A stretch of DNA of 64,000 nt. Source: an uncultured Erysipelotrichaceae bacterium. Its GTDB lineage: Bacteria; Bacillota_I; Bacilli_A; RF39; UBA660. The stretch is taken from the NCBI GenBank assembly GCA_902764145.1, contig CACWUS010000007.1, forward strand, positions 6,654 to 70,653, in the 5' to 3' direction. The translations under genes and the position numbers were made by a program. Shown here one piece after another: positions 48,934-57,555 of the stretch (positions within the stretch are counted from its first letter, which is position 1; each line of letters begins with the position of its first letter). The notes under the pieces are model-generated. The model was not told where the DNA came from. It was given only the letters and a program-made list of their open reading frames with translations, and searched no databases.

Positions 48934-49443
48934 ATGGAAAGATATGAAATTGCAAAATCAGAAGCAGAAAGAGAAAAGGACTATGAAAAAATAGTAAAAT
49001 ATTTAAGGGAGCATGGTATTAAAGAGGACTGGAAAATATCTAGTTTAATTGAAGTAAAGGAAAGTGATTTTGGACTTAACAACAATTTCCCTATATTAAG
49101 TGAACATGATGATGAGGTAAGAGATAGACTTTTTGTTGAAAGAGAAATACTTATTGGAAAATATAATCGTTTACGTGCTAAACTTGAACCAATGATAGTA
49201 TTAGAAAGAGAAATTTGGTTTCAATTAGGTCAATTAAATAAAATGATATGTGAAAAAGAAGGGCATAGATTATCAGAAAAATCCATTTGTGATTATGAGC
49301 CAGATGATTATGGACATCATCAAAAAATTGGATATTATAGAACTTGTCTTGTTTGTGGTAAAAGAGTATATGAGGCTGGATTAAAATACAATGATGTGGT
49401 TGTAAAAGGTGAAGAGGGGCCTAAAAGAATACTATATAAATAA
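48934..49443 (+). CDS. Hypothetical protein with C-terminal Cys/His zinc-ribbon-like cluster
   Basis: 169 aa, RBS AAAGGAGG. Contains CEKEGH...C...CLVCGK. Confidence 0.55.
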   Translation: MERYEIAKSEAEREKDYEKIVKYLREHGIKEDWKISSLIEVKESDFGLNNNFPILSEHDDEVRDRLFVEREILIGKYNRLRAKLEPMIVLEREIWFQLGQLNKMICEKEGHRLSEKSICDYEPDDYGHHQKIGYYRTCLVCGKRVYEAGLKYNDVVVKGEEGPKRILYK

Positions 49444-49470
49444 AATGCAATTATTGCATTTTTTTATTTT
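49443..49470 (+). terminator. Intrinsic terminator
   Basis: AAATGCAA-tta-TTGCATTT followed by TTTTTATTTT. Confidence 0.7.
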
Positions 49471-49519
49471 ATTTTAATATTCATTTAATCTTTAATAAAT
49501 AAAATTAAGAGGAAAGGTG

Positions 49520-51217
49520 ATGAATATGTATATTTTAAAGAATGCAATTACAAGTATTAAAAGAAGTAAAGGAAGAAACATTTTAATTGGTATTATTATA
49601 ATAGTTATTGCTACATCTTGTGCGATTACATTAGCTATAAGAGAAAGTGCTAATAAAATAATTACTGCTTATGAAGAAAAAAATGAAATAGAAGCAACTA
49701 TTACTATGGATAGAAGAACACTAATGGAAAAATTAAGGAGTGAGAATTCTACTCAAGAAGAAATGATAAATGCTTTCAATAATATTGAATCAGTTAGTGT
49801 AGAAGACATAGAAAACTATGGAAATAGTAATTATTTAAAAGATTATTATTATACTTATGAACTTAGTGTAGATGCTAAAAACTTAACAGAGGCCACTGAT
49901 AGTTTGGTAAAAGAAACAACTACAACTAAAACAGAAACAAGTACTAAAACAAGAACTAGAAAATTTAATGGAACTCCTCCTTCTGGTGGCCGTGGTTTTC
50001 CTGGTGGTGGAGGTAGTAAGACAACAACAACTACTCAAAAGAAAACAACAACAACAAAAACAGAAAAAATATTTAATGAAAAGGCAGAAGATGGAGCATT
50101 TAAATTAATTGGATATAATTCATATGAAGATATGAAAGAATTCATTAGTGGAAAATATACTATTACTTCAGGTGAAGTTAGTAGTGATTTTGAAAGTAAC
50201 AATTGCGTTATTAGTGAGGAACTTGCTACATTAAATAATCTTAGTGTAGGAGATACAATTACTATAATAGATCCTAAAACAACTAGTAATACATATACTC
50301 TTACAATCACGGGAATTTACAAAGAAAACACAGATTCATCAGGTAGTATGAATGAAATGTTTACTAATTCTGCTAATAATATTATTACTAACAGTAATTT
50401 TATTAAAACTATGGTAGAAAAAAATAGTAGTTTAACTCCAACAATTACTCCAACATTTATTGTCAAAGATAAAGAAAGTGTTGAATTGTTTGAAAGTGAG
50501 GTTGTAGAAAAAGGGCTTAGTGAATATTATCAAGTAACAGATAATTTAAGTGAAATAGAAAGTGCTACAGAAGCAGTTAGTAATGTCAAAACATTTGCAA
50601 CTACATTTTTAATAATAACTCTTATTATTGGTGGAGTTGTACTTGTAGTAATTAATATGATTAATATTCGTGAACGTAAATATGAAATTGGTGTTTTAAG
50701 AACAATAGGAATGAAAAAAAGTAAAGTTTCATTACAATTTATGAGTGAACTTTTAATAGTTTGTATAATTTCATTATCGCTTGGTTCAGTAATAGGTGCA
50801 GTAACAAGTGTTCCTATTTCAAATATGTTACTTCAAAATGAAATAGAAAGTACAAATAATAAATATGATAATATAAGTAAAAATTTTGGTATGGACAATC
50901 AAGAAGAACCAAATCAAGTTGAAACTAATGAAGATGTTGAAACTACTAGCGATGCAGAAAAAGAAGATGATACAGGAGTAAAAGAAGAAGTAAGTGAAAC
51001 TAATACCAATAAAGAAGAGGTAAAAGAACCAACTGAAAAATATAATTTTGGTCTTGCTAACGTAAGCGAAGTTGATAATATAAATGCAGTAGTCGACTTT
51101 AAAGTACTAGCTAAACTTTTAGGAATAGGTATTGCATTAACATTACTTAGTTCACTTGCATCAATGATAGCAATTTCAAGATTTTCACCACTTACTATAT
51201 TAAAGGAGAGAAGTTAA
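49520..51217 (+). CDS. FtsX/MacB-type ABC transporter permease with low-complexity insertions
   Basis: N-terminal TM, large extracytoplasmic domain, FtsX domain (RERKYEIGVLRTIGMKKSKV), and a final TM. Start chosen at ATG 49520 behind GAGGAAAGG; ATG 49526 is also possible. Confidence 0.8.
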   Translation: MNMYILKNAITSIKRSKGRNILIGIIIIVIATSCAITLAIRESANKIITAYEEKNEIEATITMDRRTLMEKLRSENSTQEEMINAFNNIESVSVEDIENYGNSNYLKDYYYTYELSVDAKNLTEATDSLVKETTTTKTETSTKTRTRKFNGTPPSGGRGFPGGGGSKTTTTTQKKTTTTKTEKIFNEKAEDGAFKLIGYNSYEDMKEFISGKYTITSGEVSSDFESNNCVISEELATLNNLSVGDTITIIDPKTTSNTYTLTITGIYKENTDSSGSMNEMFTNSANNIITNSNFIKTMVEKNSSLTPTITPTFIVKDKESVELFESEVVEKGLSEYYQVTDNLSEIESATEAVSNVKTFATTFLIITLIIGGVVLVVINMINIRERKYEIGVLRTIGMKKSKVSLQFMSELLIVCIISLSLGSVIGAVTSVPISNMLLQNEIESTNNKYDNISKNFGMDNQEEPNQVETNEDVETTSDAEKEDDTGVKEEVSETNTNKEEVKEPTEKYNFGLANVSEVDNINAVVDFKVLAKLLGIGIALTLLSSLASMIAISRFSPLTILKERS

Positions 51218-51218
51218 T

Positions 51219-51890
51219 ATGAAAAAAAATGAAGTTGTGTTAACAATTAAAGATGTTAATTATAGGTATAAAGATGCTAAAAAAGATGATTATGTATTAA
51301 GAAATATTAACTATTCTTTTGAAAAAGGAAAAGTTTATTCTATAAAAGGTAAAAGTGGAAGTGGTAAAACAACATTATTATCATTAATTAGTGGTCTTGA
51401 AAATAAATATGAAGGTGAAATATTTTATAAATCAAAAGAACTTAAAAAAATGGATTTAGATTTATATAGAAATACAAATATTGGAATAGTATTTCAAAGT
51501 TATAATTTATTACCTCATTTAACAGCAATTGAAAACATAATTCTTTCTATGGATATTAGTAAAATAAAATTTGATAATAAAAGACAAAAAGCAATAGAAC
51601 TCATGAAAAGTGTTGGTTTAAATGAAAAACTTGGAGATAGAAGAGTTTTAAAACTTAGTGGAGGAGAACAACAAAGAGTTGCTATTGCTAGGAGTCTTTC
51701 ATATAATCCAGAAATAATATTAGCAGATGAACCGACAGGTAATTTAGATAAAGAAACAGAAAATGAAATATTAGATATATTTAGTAGACTAGCTCATAAA
51801 GAAAATAAATGTGTAATTATAGTTACTCACTCATCTAATGTATGTGATAAATCTGATATAGTATATGAACTTAAAAAGAAGCAAGAATAA
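51219..51890 (+). CDS. ABC transporter ATP-binding protein (MacB/LolD-like)
   Basis: 223 aa. Walker [10 protein letters not shown], signature [13 protein letters not shown], Walker [12 protein letters not shown]. Confidence 0.93.
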   Translation: MKKNEVVLTIKDVNYRYKDAKKDDYVLRNINYSFEKGKVYSIKGKSGSGKTTLLSLISGLENKYEGEIFYKSKELKKMDLDLYRNTNIGIVFQSYNLLPHLTAIENIILSMDISKIKFDNKRQKAIELMKSVGLNEKLGDRRVLKLSGGEQQRVAIARSLSYNPEIILADEPTGNLDKETENEILDIFSRLAHKENKCVIIVTHSSNVCDKSDIVYELKKKQE

Positions 51891-51909
51891 TTTCTTGTTT
51901 TCTTTTTTT
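51882..51909 (+). terminator. Intrinsic terminator
   Basis: CAAGAA-taat-TTCTTG followed by TTTTCTTTTTTT. Confidence 0.6.
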
Positions 51910-51948
51910 GATATGTTATAATAAAAGTCAATTATTGGATGTGATAAT

Positions 51949-52584
51949 ATGGAATATTTAGAGTTGAGTCCAAAACAAGTTATTAGTTATTTTAGAAGTG
52001 ATAAAGAAATAGGAATAGGTAGATTTGGAATTCTTTATGAACTAGATTATGATACATTAATTAAATTAAATTATACTGAGTATATTTCTGCTTTTATTTC
52101 TAAAAAAGAAAGAGACTTTAAAATAGAAATAGATACAAGTATTGAACTTATGAATATTAACTGTGATTTTGATAGAGATAAGAGGATAGAAGAATTAATT
52201 AGAAGACTCAACAATACAAGTTCAAATGATTTGATTAAAGGAATTATTACTAACAGGGGATATAGAATAGGATTTTTATTAACATATTATAGAGATTTTA
52301 ATGTTTTAGGAGATAGAATTTATGAATATCCAGTACAAGTAAGAAAAGAAATATTAAAAAAAGTAAGAGAAAAAATATTTGAATTATTTAGTGTTGGTAT
52401 ATATCCTTTAGATATAAAAGAAGATAATGTTTTATTAAATGAGAACATGGATATTAAAATTATAGATTTAGATGGTTACGATGTTAGAATTGAAGATGAG
52501 GAATATATTAAAACTCATGATTATATAAAAAGAGAAAGTGAAACTAGATTAATTGAGATGGAATATAGATTACTAAGGCATTAA
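51949..52584 (+). CDS. Small protein-kinase-fold protein (tentative)
   Basis: 211 aa. GIGRFG glycine-loop-like segment, catalytic-loop-like LDIKEDNVLL, and IIDLDG (DFG-like). Confidence 0.45.
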   Translation: MEYLELSPKQVISYFRSDKEIGIGRFGILYELDYDTLIKLNYTEYISAFISKKERDFKIEIDTSIELMNINCDFDRDKRIEELIRRLNNTSSNDLIKGIITNRGYRIGFLLTYYRDFNVLGDRIYEYPVQVRKEILKKVREKIFELFSVGIYPLDIKEDNVLLNENMDIKIIDLDGYDVRIEDEEYIKTHDYIKRESETRLIEMEYRLLRH

Positions 52585-52696
52585 TAATCTATATTTTTTT
52601 GACAAATATTAAAATAAATCTATCATTAGAAAAAAATGTTTGTTATAATAATTAAGTCGGTGTTAAACACGAGTGTTTGAAAGGAGAAGTAAATTT

Positions 52697-55342
52697 ATGA
52701 AATATGTTTACATGTTTAGTGAAGGTAACAAAGACATGAGAAATTTACTTGGTGGTAAAGGTGCGAACTTAGCTGAAATGACTAGTATAGGTTTACCAGT
52801 ACCAAGAGGTTTCACAATAACTACTGAAGCTTGTACAGCCTACTATGATGCTGGAAAAGTTATAAGTGAAGATATCGTAAAAGAAATCTACAAGAATTTA
52901 GAAAGCCTAGAAAAACTAACTGGAAAAACTATGGGAGATTTAAAAAATCCATTATTAGTTTCTGTTAGAAGTGGTGCTAGAGCAAGTATGCCAGGAATGA
53001 TGGACACAGTTTTAAACTTAGGTTTAAATGATAAAGTTTGTGAATCATTTGCAAAAATAACAAATAATAAAAGATTTGTTTATGACTCTTATCGTAGATT
53101 CATTATGATGTTCGCAGATGTTGTTAAAGGATATTCTAAGAATTCTTTTGAAAGAGTATTAGATAAATTTAAGAATGAAAAAGGTGCTAAATTTGATACT
53201 GATTTAGATGAAAATGATATGTATGAACTTGCATTTAAGTTTAAAGATATCTATAAAGAACTATCTGGCGTTGAATTTCCACAAGATCCAAAAGAACAAT
53301 TAATTGAAGCAGTAACTGCTGTATTTAGAAGTTGGAATAATGATAGAGCTATTTATTATAGACGTATGAATGATATTCCATCTAGTTGGGGAACTGCTGT
53401 AAATGTTCAAGAAATGGTTTATGGTAATAAAAATGAAAATAGTGGAACAGGTGTAGCATTTACAAGAAACCCAGCTACTGGAGAAAAGAAACTATTTGGT
53501 GAATACTTAATGAATGCACAAGGAGAAGATGTAGTTGCTGGAGTTAGAACTCCAAAATCAATTGAAACTCTAAAAGAAAGTATGCCAGATGCTTACAATG
53601 ATTTTGTAAAAACTTGTGAAATCTTAGAAAAACATTATAAAGATATGCAAGATATGGAATTTACTATAGAAGATGGTAAATTATTCATGTTACAAACTCG
53701 TAATGGAAAAAGAACTGCTGCTGCAGCATTAAAAATAGCAGTAGATTTATATAATGAAAAAATGATTACTAAAGAAGAAGCTCTATTAAGAGTAGAACCA
53801 AAATCTTTAGATCAATTATTACACCCAAATTTTGATGCAGATGAACTTAAAAAAGCAACTCCAATTGCTACAGGACTTGCAGCATCTCCAGGTGCTGGAT
53901 GTGGTAAGATTTACTTTACTGCAGAAGAAGTTACTGAGGCTGCACAAAAAGGTGAAGATACAATTTTAGTTAGACTTGAAACATCTCCAGAAGATATTGA
54001 AGGAATGAACTTAGCACGTGGTATTTTAACTATTCGTGGTGGTATGACATCACATGCAGCAGTTGTAGCACGTGGTATGGGTAGATGTTGTGTATCTGGA
54101 TGTGGTGAACTAACGATAAGTGAGGAAAATAAAACATTAACAACAAAAGATGGAAAAGTATTTAAAGAAGGAGACTATATTTCAATAGATGGAACTACTG
54201 GTAAAGTATATGGTGAAAAAATTAAAACAGTTGAACCAGAAATCAGTGGTGACTTTGAAACATTCATGAAATGGGCTGATGAAGTTAGAACATTAGGTGT
54301 TAGAACTAATGCAGATACTCCAAGAGATGCAAGACAAGCTATGAAATTTGGAGCTGAAGGTATTGGACTTTGTAGAACAGAACATATGTTCTTTGAAGAA
54401 GAAAGAATATTTGCTATTCGTCAAATGATAGTTTCTGATACTGTTGAACAAAGAGAAAAAGCACTTGCCAAATTACTTCCAATGCAAAGAGGTGACTTTG
54501 AAGAACTTTATAAAGAAATGAAAGGTTACCCAGTTACAATTCGTTTCTTAGATCCACCTCTACATGAATTTGTTCCACATACAGATGATGAAATTAAACC
54601 ACTTGCTAAAGAACTTGGAATAACATTCAAAGAATTAAAAGATAAAATAGCTTCTTTACACGAATTTAATCCAATGATGGGTCATAGAGGTTGTAGACTT
54701 GCTGTAACTTATCCAGAAATTGCTAAGATGCAAACTAGAGCTGTTATGGAAGCTGCTATTAATGTAGATAAGAGTGGCCTTAAAGTTGAACCAGAAATTA
54801 TGATTCCACTAGTAGGAGATGTTAAAGAACTTGCATATGTTAAAGGAATAGTTGAAGAAACTATTAAAGAAGTATTTAAAGAACAAAATTATAAATTAAA
54901 GTATAAAATTGGTACAATGATTGAAATACCAAGAGCTGCACTTACAGCTGATAAGATTGCTGAAGAAGCAGAATTCTTCTCATTTGGAACAAATGACTTA
55001 ACTCAAATGACATTTGGGTTCTCAAGAGATGATGCTGGTAAATTCTTAGGAGATTACTATTCTAAACAAATATATGAAAGTGATCCATTTGCAAGAATTG
55101 ACCAAGAAGGTGTAGGACAACTAATTCAAATGGCTGTTGAAAAAGGTAAGAAGACAAGACCAAATATCAAACTTGGAATTTGTGGTGAACATGGTGGAGA
55201 TCCATCAAGTGTTGACTTCTGCCATAGAGCAGGACTTACTTATGTATCATGTAGTCCATTTAGAGTACCAATTGCTAGATTAGCTGCTGCACAAGCCGCA
55301 ATCAAGAGTATTATTAACTCGTGTTATTATTACAAAAGATGA
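52697..55342 (+). CDS. ppdK: Pyruvate, phosphate dikinase
   Basis: ORF 52673 trimmed to Met9 (ATG behind AAAGGAG). GGKGANLAEM, phospho-His loop GGMTSHAAVVARGMG, GICGEHGGDP, SCSPFRVPIARLAAAQAA. Confidence 0.97.
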   Translation: MKYVYMFSEGNKDMRNLLGGKGANLAEMTSIGLPVPRGFTITTEACTAYYDAGKVISEDIVKEIYKNLESLEKLTGKTMGDLKNPLLVSVRSGARASMPGMMDTVLNLGLNDKVCESFAKITNNKRFVYDSYRRFIMMFADVVKGYSKNSFERVLDKFKNEKGAKFDTDLDENDMYELAFKFKDIYKELSGVEFPQDPKEQLIEAVTAVFRSWNNDRAIYYRRMNDIPSSWGTAVNVQEMVYGNKNENSGTGVAFTRNPATGEKKLFGEYLMNAQGEDVVAGVRTPKSIETLKESMPDAYNDFVKTCEILEKHYKDMQDMEFTIEDGKLFMLQTRNGKRTAAAALKIAVDLYNEKMITKEEALLRVEPKSLDQLLHPNFDADELKKATPIATGLAASPGAGCGKIYFTAEEVTEAAQKGEDTILVRLETSPEDIEGMNLARGILTIRGGMTSHAAVVARGMGRCCVSGCGELTISEENKTLTTKDGKVFKEGDYISIDGTTGKVYGEKIKTVEPEISGDFETFMKWADEVRTLGVRTNADTPRDARQAMKFGAEGIGLCRTEHMFFEEERIFAIRQMIVSDTVEQREKALAKLLPMQRGDFEELYKEMKGYPVTIRFLDPPLHEFVPHTDDEIKPLAKELGITFKELKDKIASLHEFNPMMGHRGCRLAVTYPEIAKMQTRAVMEAAINVDKSGLKVEPEIMIPLVGDVKELAYVKGIVEETIKEVFKEQNYKLKYKIGTMIEIPRAALTADKIAEEAEFFSFGTNDLTQMTFGFSRDDAGKFLGDYYSKQIYESDPFARIDQEGVGQLIQMAVEKGKKTRPNIKLGICGEHGGDPSSVDFCHRAGLTYVSCSPFRVPIARLAAAQAAIKSIINSCYYYKR

Positions 55343-55427
55343 TATTCTAAGGTTTTTAGAAACTAAACCAGAATATTATAAAGTTAATATGATTGAGCCA
55401 ATACTCGTTGACATTTACATTTAAACA

Positions 55428-55470
55428 AAGACTAAGATGACTTTGATGTCGCATATCTTAGTCTTTTTTA
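55428..55470 (+). terminator. Intrinsic terminator downstream of ppdK
   Basis: AAAGACTAAGAT-(about 16 nt)-ATCTTAGTCTTT followed by TTTTA. Confidence 0.65.
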
Positions 55471-55504
55471 TGTAATATGCGATAGAGAAATGGAGGTAAT
55501 TTTA

Positions 55505-55981
55505 ATGCGATTATTATATACAAAACCAAAGTTAAGAGATTTATCTCAAGGTTCTAGAATAGCATTTATCAGACAATTTAAATCATTAAGTCAACACATT
55601 GTTGCTGATAAATTAGGACTACAACATGATAACAAAAGAAGAACCATAACAAGATATGAAAAAGGTGATAGAAATCCTAAAGATAATAGAACTAAAGAAA
55701 TTGCAAATATTTTAGGAGTTAATTACAATGCAATAAAAAAATATGATTATAAAGATCCTGTTGATTTATTTTATACTTTATTATGGTTAGAAGAGCTTAT
55801 TCCAAATTATATTCTGGATTTATCTTCTGTTCCTTTATTAAGTTTAAAAAATATTCAAGGTATAGATTCGTTTTTAAAAGAATGGGACTTTATGAAGAAA
55901 AAAAGAAATAAAAAAATCATTTCCTATGAAGAATATATTAATTGGAAATTCAATTATTCAATTAAAGAAGGAGATGATTAA
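55505..55981 (+). CDS. XRE-family helix-turn-helix transcriptional regulator
   Basis: ORF 55490 trimmed to Met6 (ATG behind GGAGG). HTH segment FKSLSQHIVADKLGL...RYEKGDRNP...IANILGV. Confidence 0.7.
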   Translation: MRLLYTKPKLRDLSQGSRIAFIRQFKSLSQHIVADKLGLQHDNKRRTITRYEKGDRNPKDNRTKEIANILGVNYNAIKKYDYKDPVDLFYTLLWLEELIPNYILDLSSVPLLSLKNIQGIDSFLKEWDFMKKKRNKKIISYEEYINWKFNYSIKEGDD

Positions 55982-55982
55982 T

Positions 55983-56867
55983 ATGAATAAATTGATAAAA
56001 ATAAAATTATCTGATATTGATCAATTTAAAAATCATCCATATAAAGTAGAAAATGATGACTCTATTAAAGAATTAGCAAAAAGTATAAGAGAAAATGGAT
56101 TAATTAATCCATTAATTGTTAGAAAAAAAGAAAATGGTAGATATGAATTAATATCTGGTCATAGAAGGAAACTAGCTTTGGAGTTAAATGGTGAAACAGA
56201 GGTTGAAGCAAATGTAAAAGAATTAACTGATGATGAAGCAATTATTTATATGGTTGATTCTAATATGCATAGAGAAAAAGTTCTTCCTTCTGAAAAAGCT
56301 TTTGCATATAAAATGAAATTAGATGCAATAAAACATCAAGGAAAAACATCTGCAACTGAGTTGCACAAGTCAAAATCTAGAGATACTGTTGGAAAAGATT
56401 TGGGAGAATCTGGGGAAACTGTAAGAAAATATGTTAGATTAACATACTTAATTCCAGAATTAATGGAATTGGTTGATAATACAGTTAAATATGATGGTAG
56501 AACAACTTTAACTATGGGAATCAAACCAGCTGTAGAATTATCATATTTAAATAAGGATGAACAAAATCTAGTATATGCATCTATTGAATATGAAGACTTA
56601 ACTCCAAGTCATGCACAGACAATAAAAATTAGAGAATTAAGTAAAGAAAAGAAATTAAATTTTGATTCATTGGAAGAAATAATGTGTCAAAGTAAAGGCA
56701 ATCAAAATGAGAAAATATCTTTTAATAAAGAAAAGATAGAAAATGTATTACCTAAAGAATTATTAAAAAGAGATAAAAGATATATAGAACAATATATAAT
56801 CAAAGCAATTGAGAAATATAAATCAATTGAACTTGAAAGGGGTGATGCTTATGATCTAGATATGTAG
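55983..56867 (+). CDS. ParB/Srx-fold N-terminal domain protein
   Basis: ORF 55926 trimmed to Met20 (ATG behind AAGGAG). IKLSDI...NHPY...LAKSIRENGLINPLIV...YELISGHRRKLA. Confidence 0.8.
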   Translation: MNKLIKIKLSDIDQFKNHPYKVENDDSIKELAKSIRENGLINPLIVRKKENGRYELISGHRRKLALELNGETEVEANVKELTDDEAIIYMVDSNMHREKVLPSEKAFAYKMKLDAIKHQGKTSATELHKSKSRDTVGKDLGESGETVRKYVRLTYLIPELMELVDNTVKYDGRTTLTMGIKPAVELSYLNKDEQNLVYASIEYEDLTPSHAQTIKIRELSKEKKLNFDSLEEIMCQSKGNQNEKISFNKEKIENVLPKELLKRDKRYIEQYIIKAIEKYKSIELERGDAYDLDM

Positions 56868-56922
56868 CACCCTATAACAAAATTGTTATTTATGGTAAAG
56901 TAATAGTAAGAGGTGAAATGGA

Positions 56923-57540
56923 ATGAAAAAAATTATAATTATATTTGTAGTTTTAGTTCTTATTTCTATCGGAATCATTTCATGTTTATACATCAATAAT
57001 AGAAATAAAGAAAGTAAATTATTGGATCAAAGTGGAACATCGAATGAAGTTGTTAAGGATATTGATGAAAAAAAGGAGGATATAGAAAATGAACCTATTT
57101 CAGAAGATATTAAAGATAACAATAATGATAATAAAAACATCACTAATAATGATGTTAATACTAATAAGAGTAATATGGAGAGCAATTCTTCAAGTAACTC
57201 TAATGTCATAAATAATAAAAATGATAATGTTACACAAGCAAAAGAAGAAAAGCACGAAACAGTTAAAGAAACTGTAGTTCAACAACCAATACCAGAACCT
57301 AAAAAAGAACCAACACCATGGGAAAGTTTAGGTATAAGTGAATATGATTATTATAATAAACCTATGTGGTCATGGGCTAGAGTTGATTATTCTGTTAAAA
57401 CTTATGGAACTCTTGAGCAAACACATCAAGCTTGTATTGATGCTGGAAATGAATTAGATGATATAATTAGCTTTTCTTGTGATAATATTAATAGTTATTC
57501 GGGTGATTATTTAGGAGATATGCTCAGAGTCAAAAAATAA
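56923..57540 (+). CDS. Membrane-anchored or lipoprotein-like protein with Asn/Ser-rich linker, function unknown
   Basis: 205 aa. N-terminal hydrophobic segment ending IGIISC, a low-complexity N/D/S region, and a Cys-containing C-terminal domain. Confidence 0.55.
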   Translation: MKKIIIIFVVLVLISIGIISCLYINNRNKESKLLDQSGTSNEVVKDIDEKKEDIENEPISEDIKDNNNDNKNITNNDVNTNKSNMESNSSSNSNVINNKNDNVTQAKEEKHETVKETVVQQPIPEPKKEPTPWESLGISEYDYYNKPMWSWARVDYSVKTYGTLEQTHQACIDAGNELDDIISFSCDNINSYSGDYLGDMLRVKK

Positions 57541-57555
57541 GGAAAGGAAAATAAT

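Noticed and set aside
55306-55342. Idea that the element inserted inside ppdK and replaced its true C-terminus (unusual tail KSIINSCYYYKR).
   Set aside because: C-terminal tails after the conserved AAAQAA vary between PPDKs. A normal terminator also lies downstream, before the first element gene. Without an empty-site comparison this is not supportable, so it is kept only as a low-weight note in the junction finding.
55343-55504. Search for a tRNA/tmRNA gene as the element's integration target, and for any tRNA or rRNA elsewhere in the intergenic regions.
   Set aside because: No cloverleaf-compatible sequence (acceptor stem, GTTCGAATC-type T-arm) was seen in this or any other intergenic gap. 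All gaps are short and are explained by promoters, terminators or the T-box.
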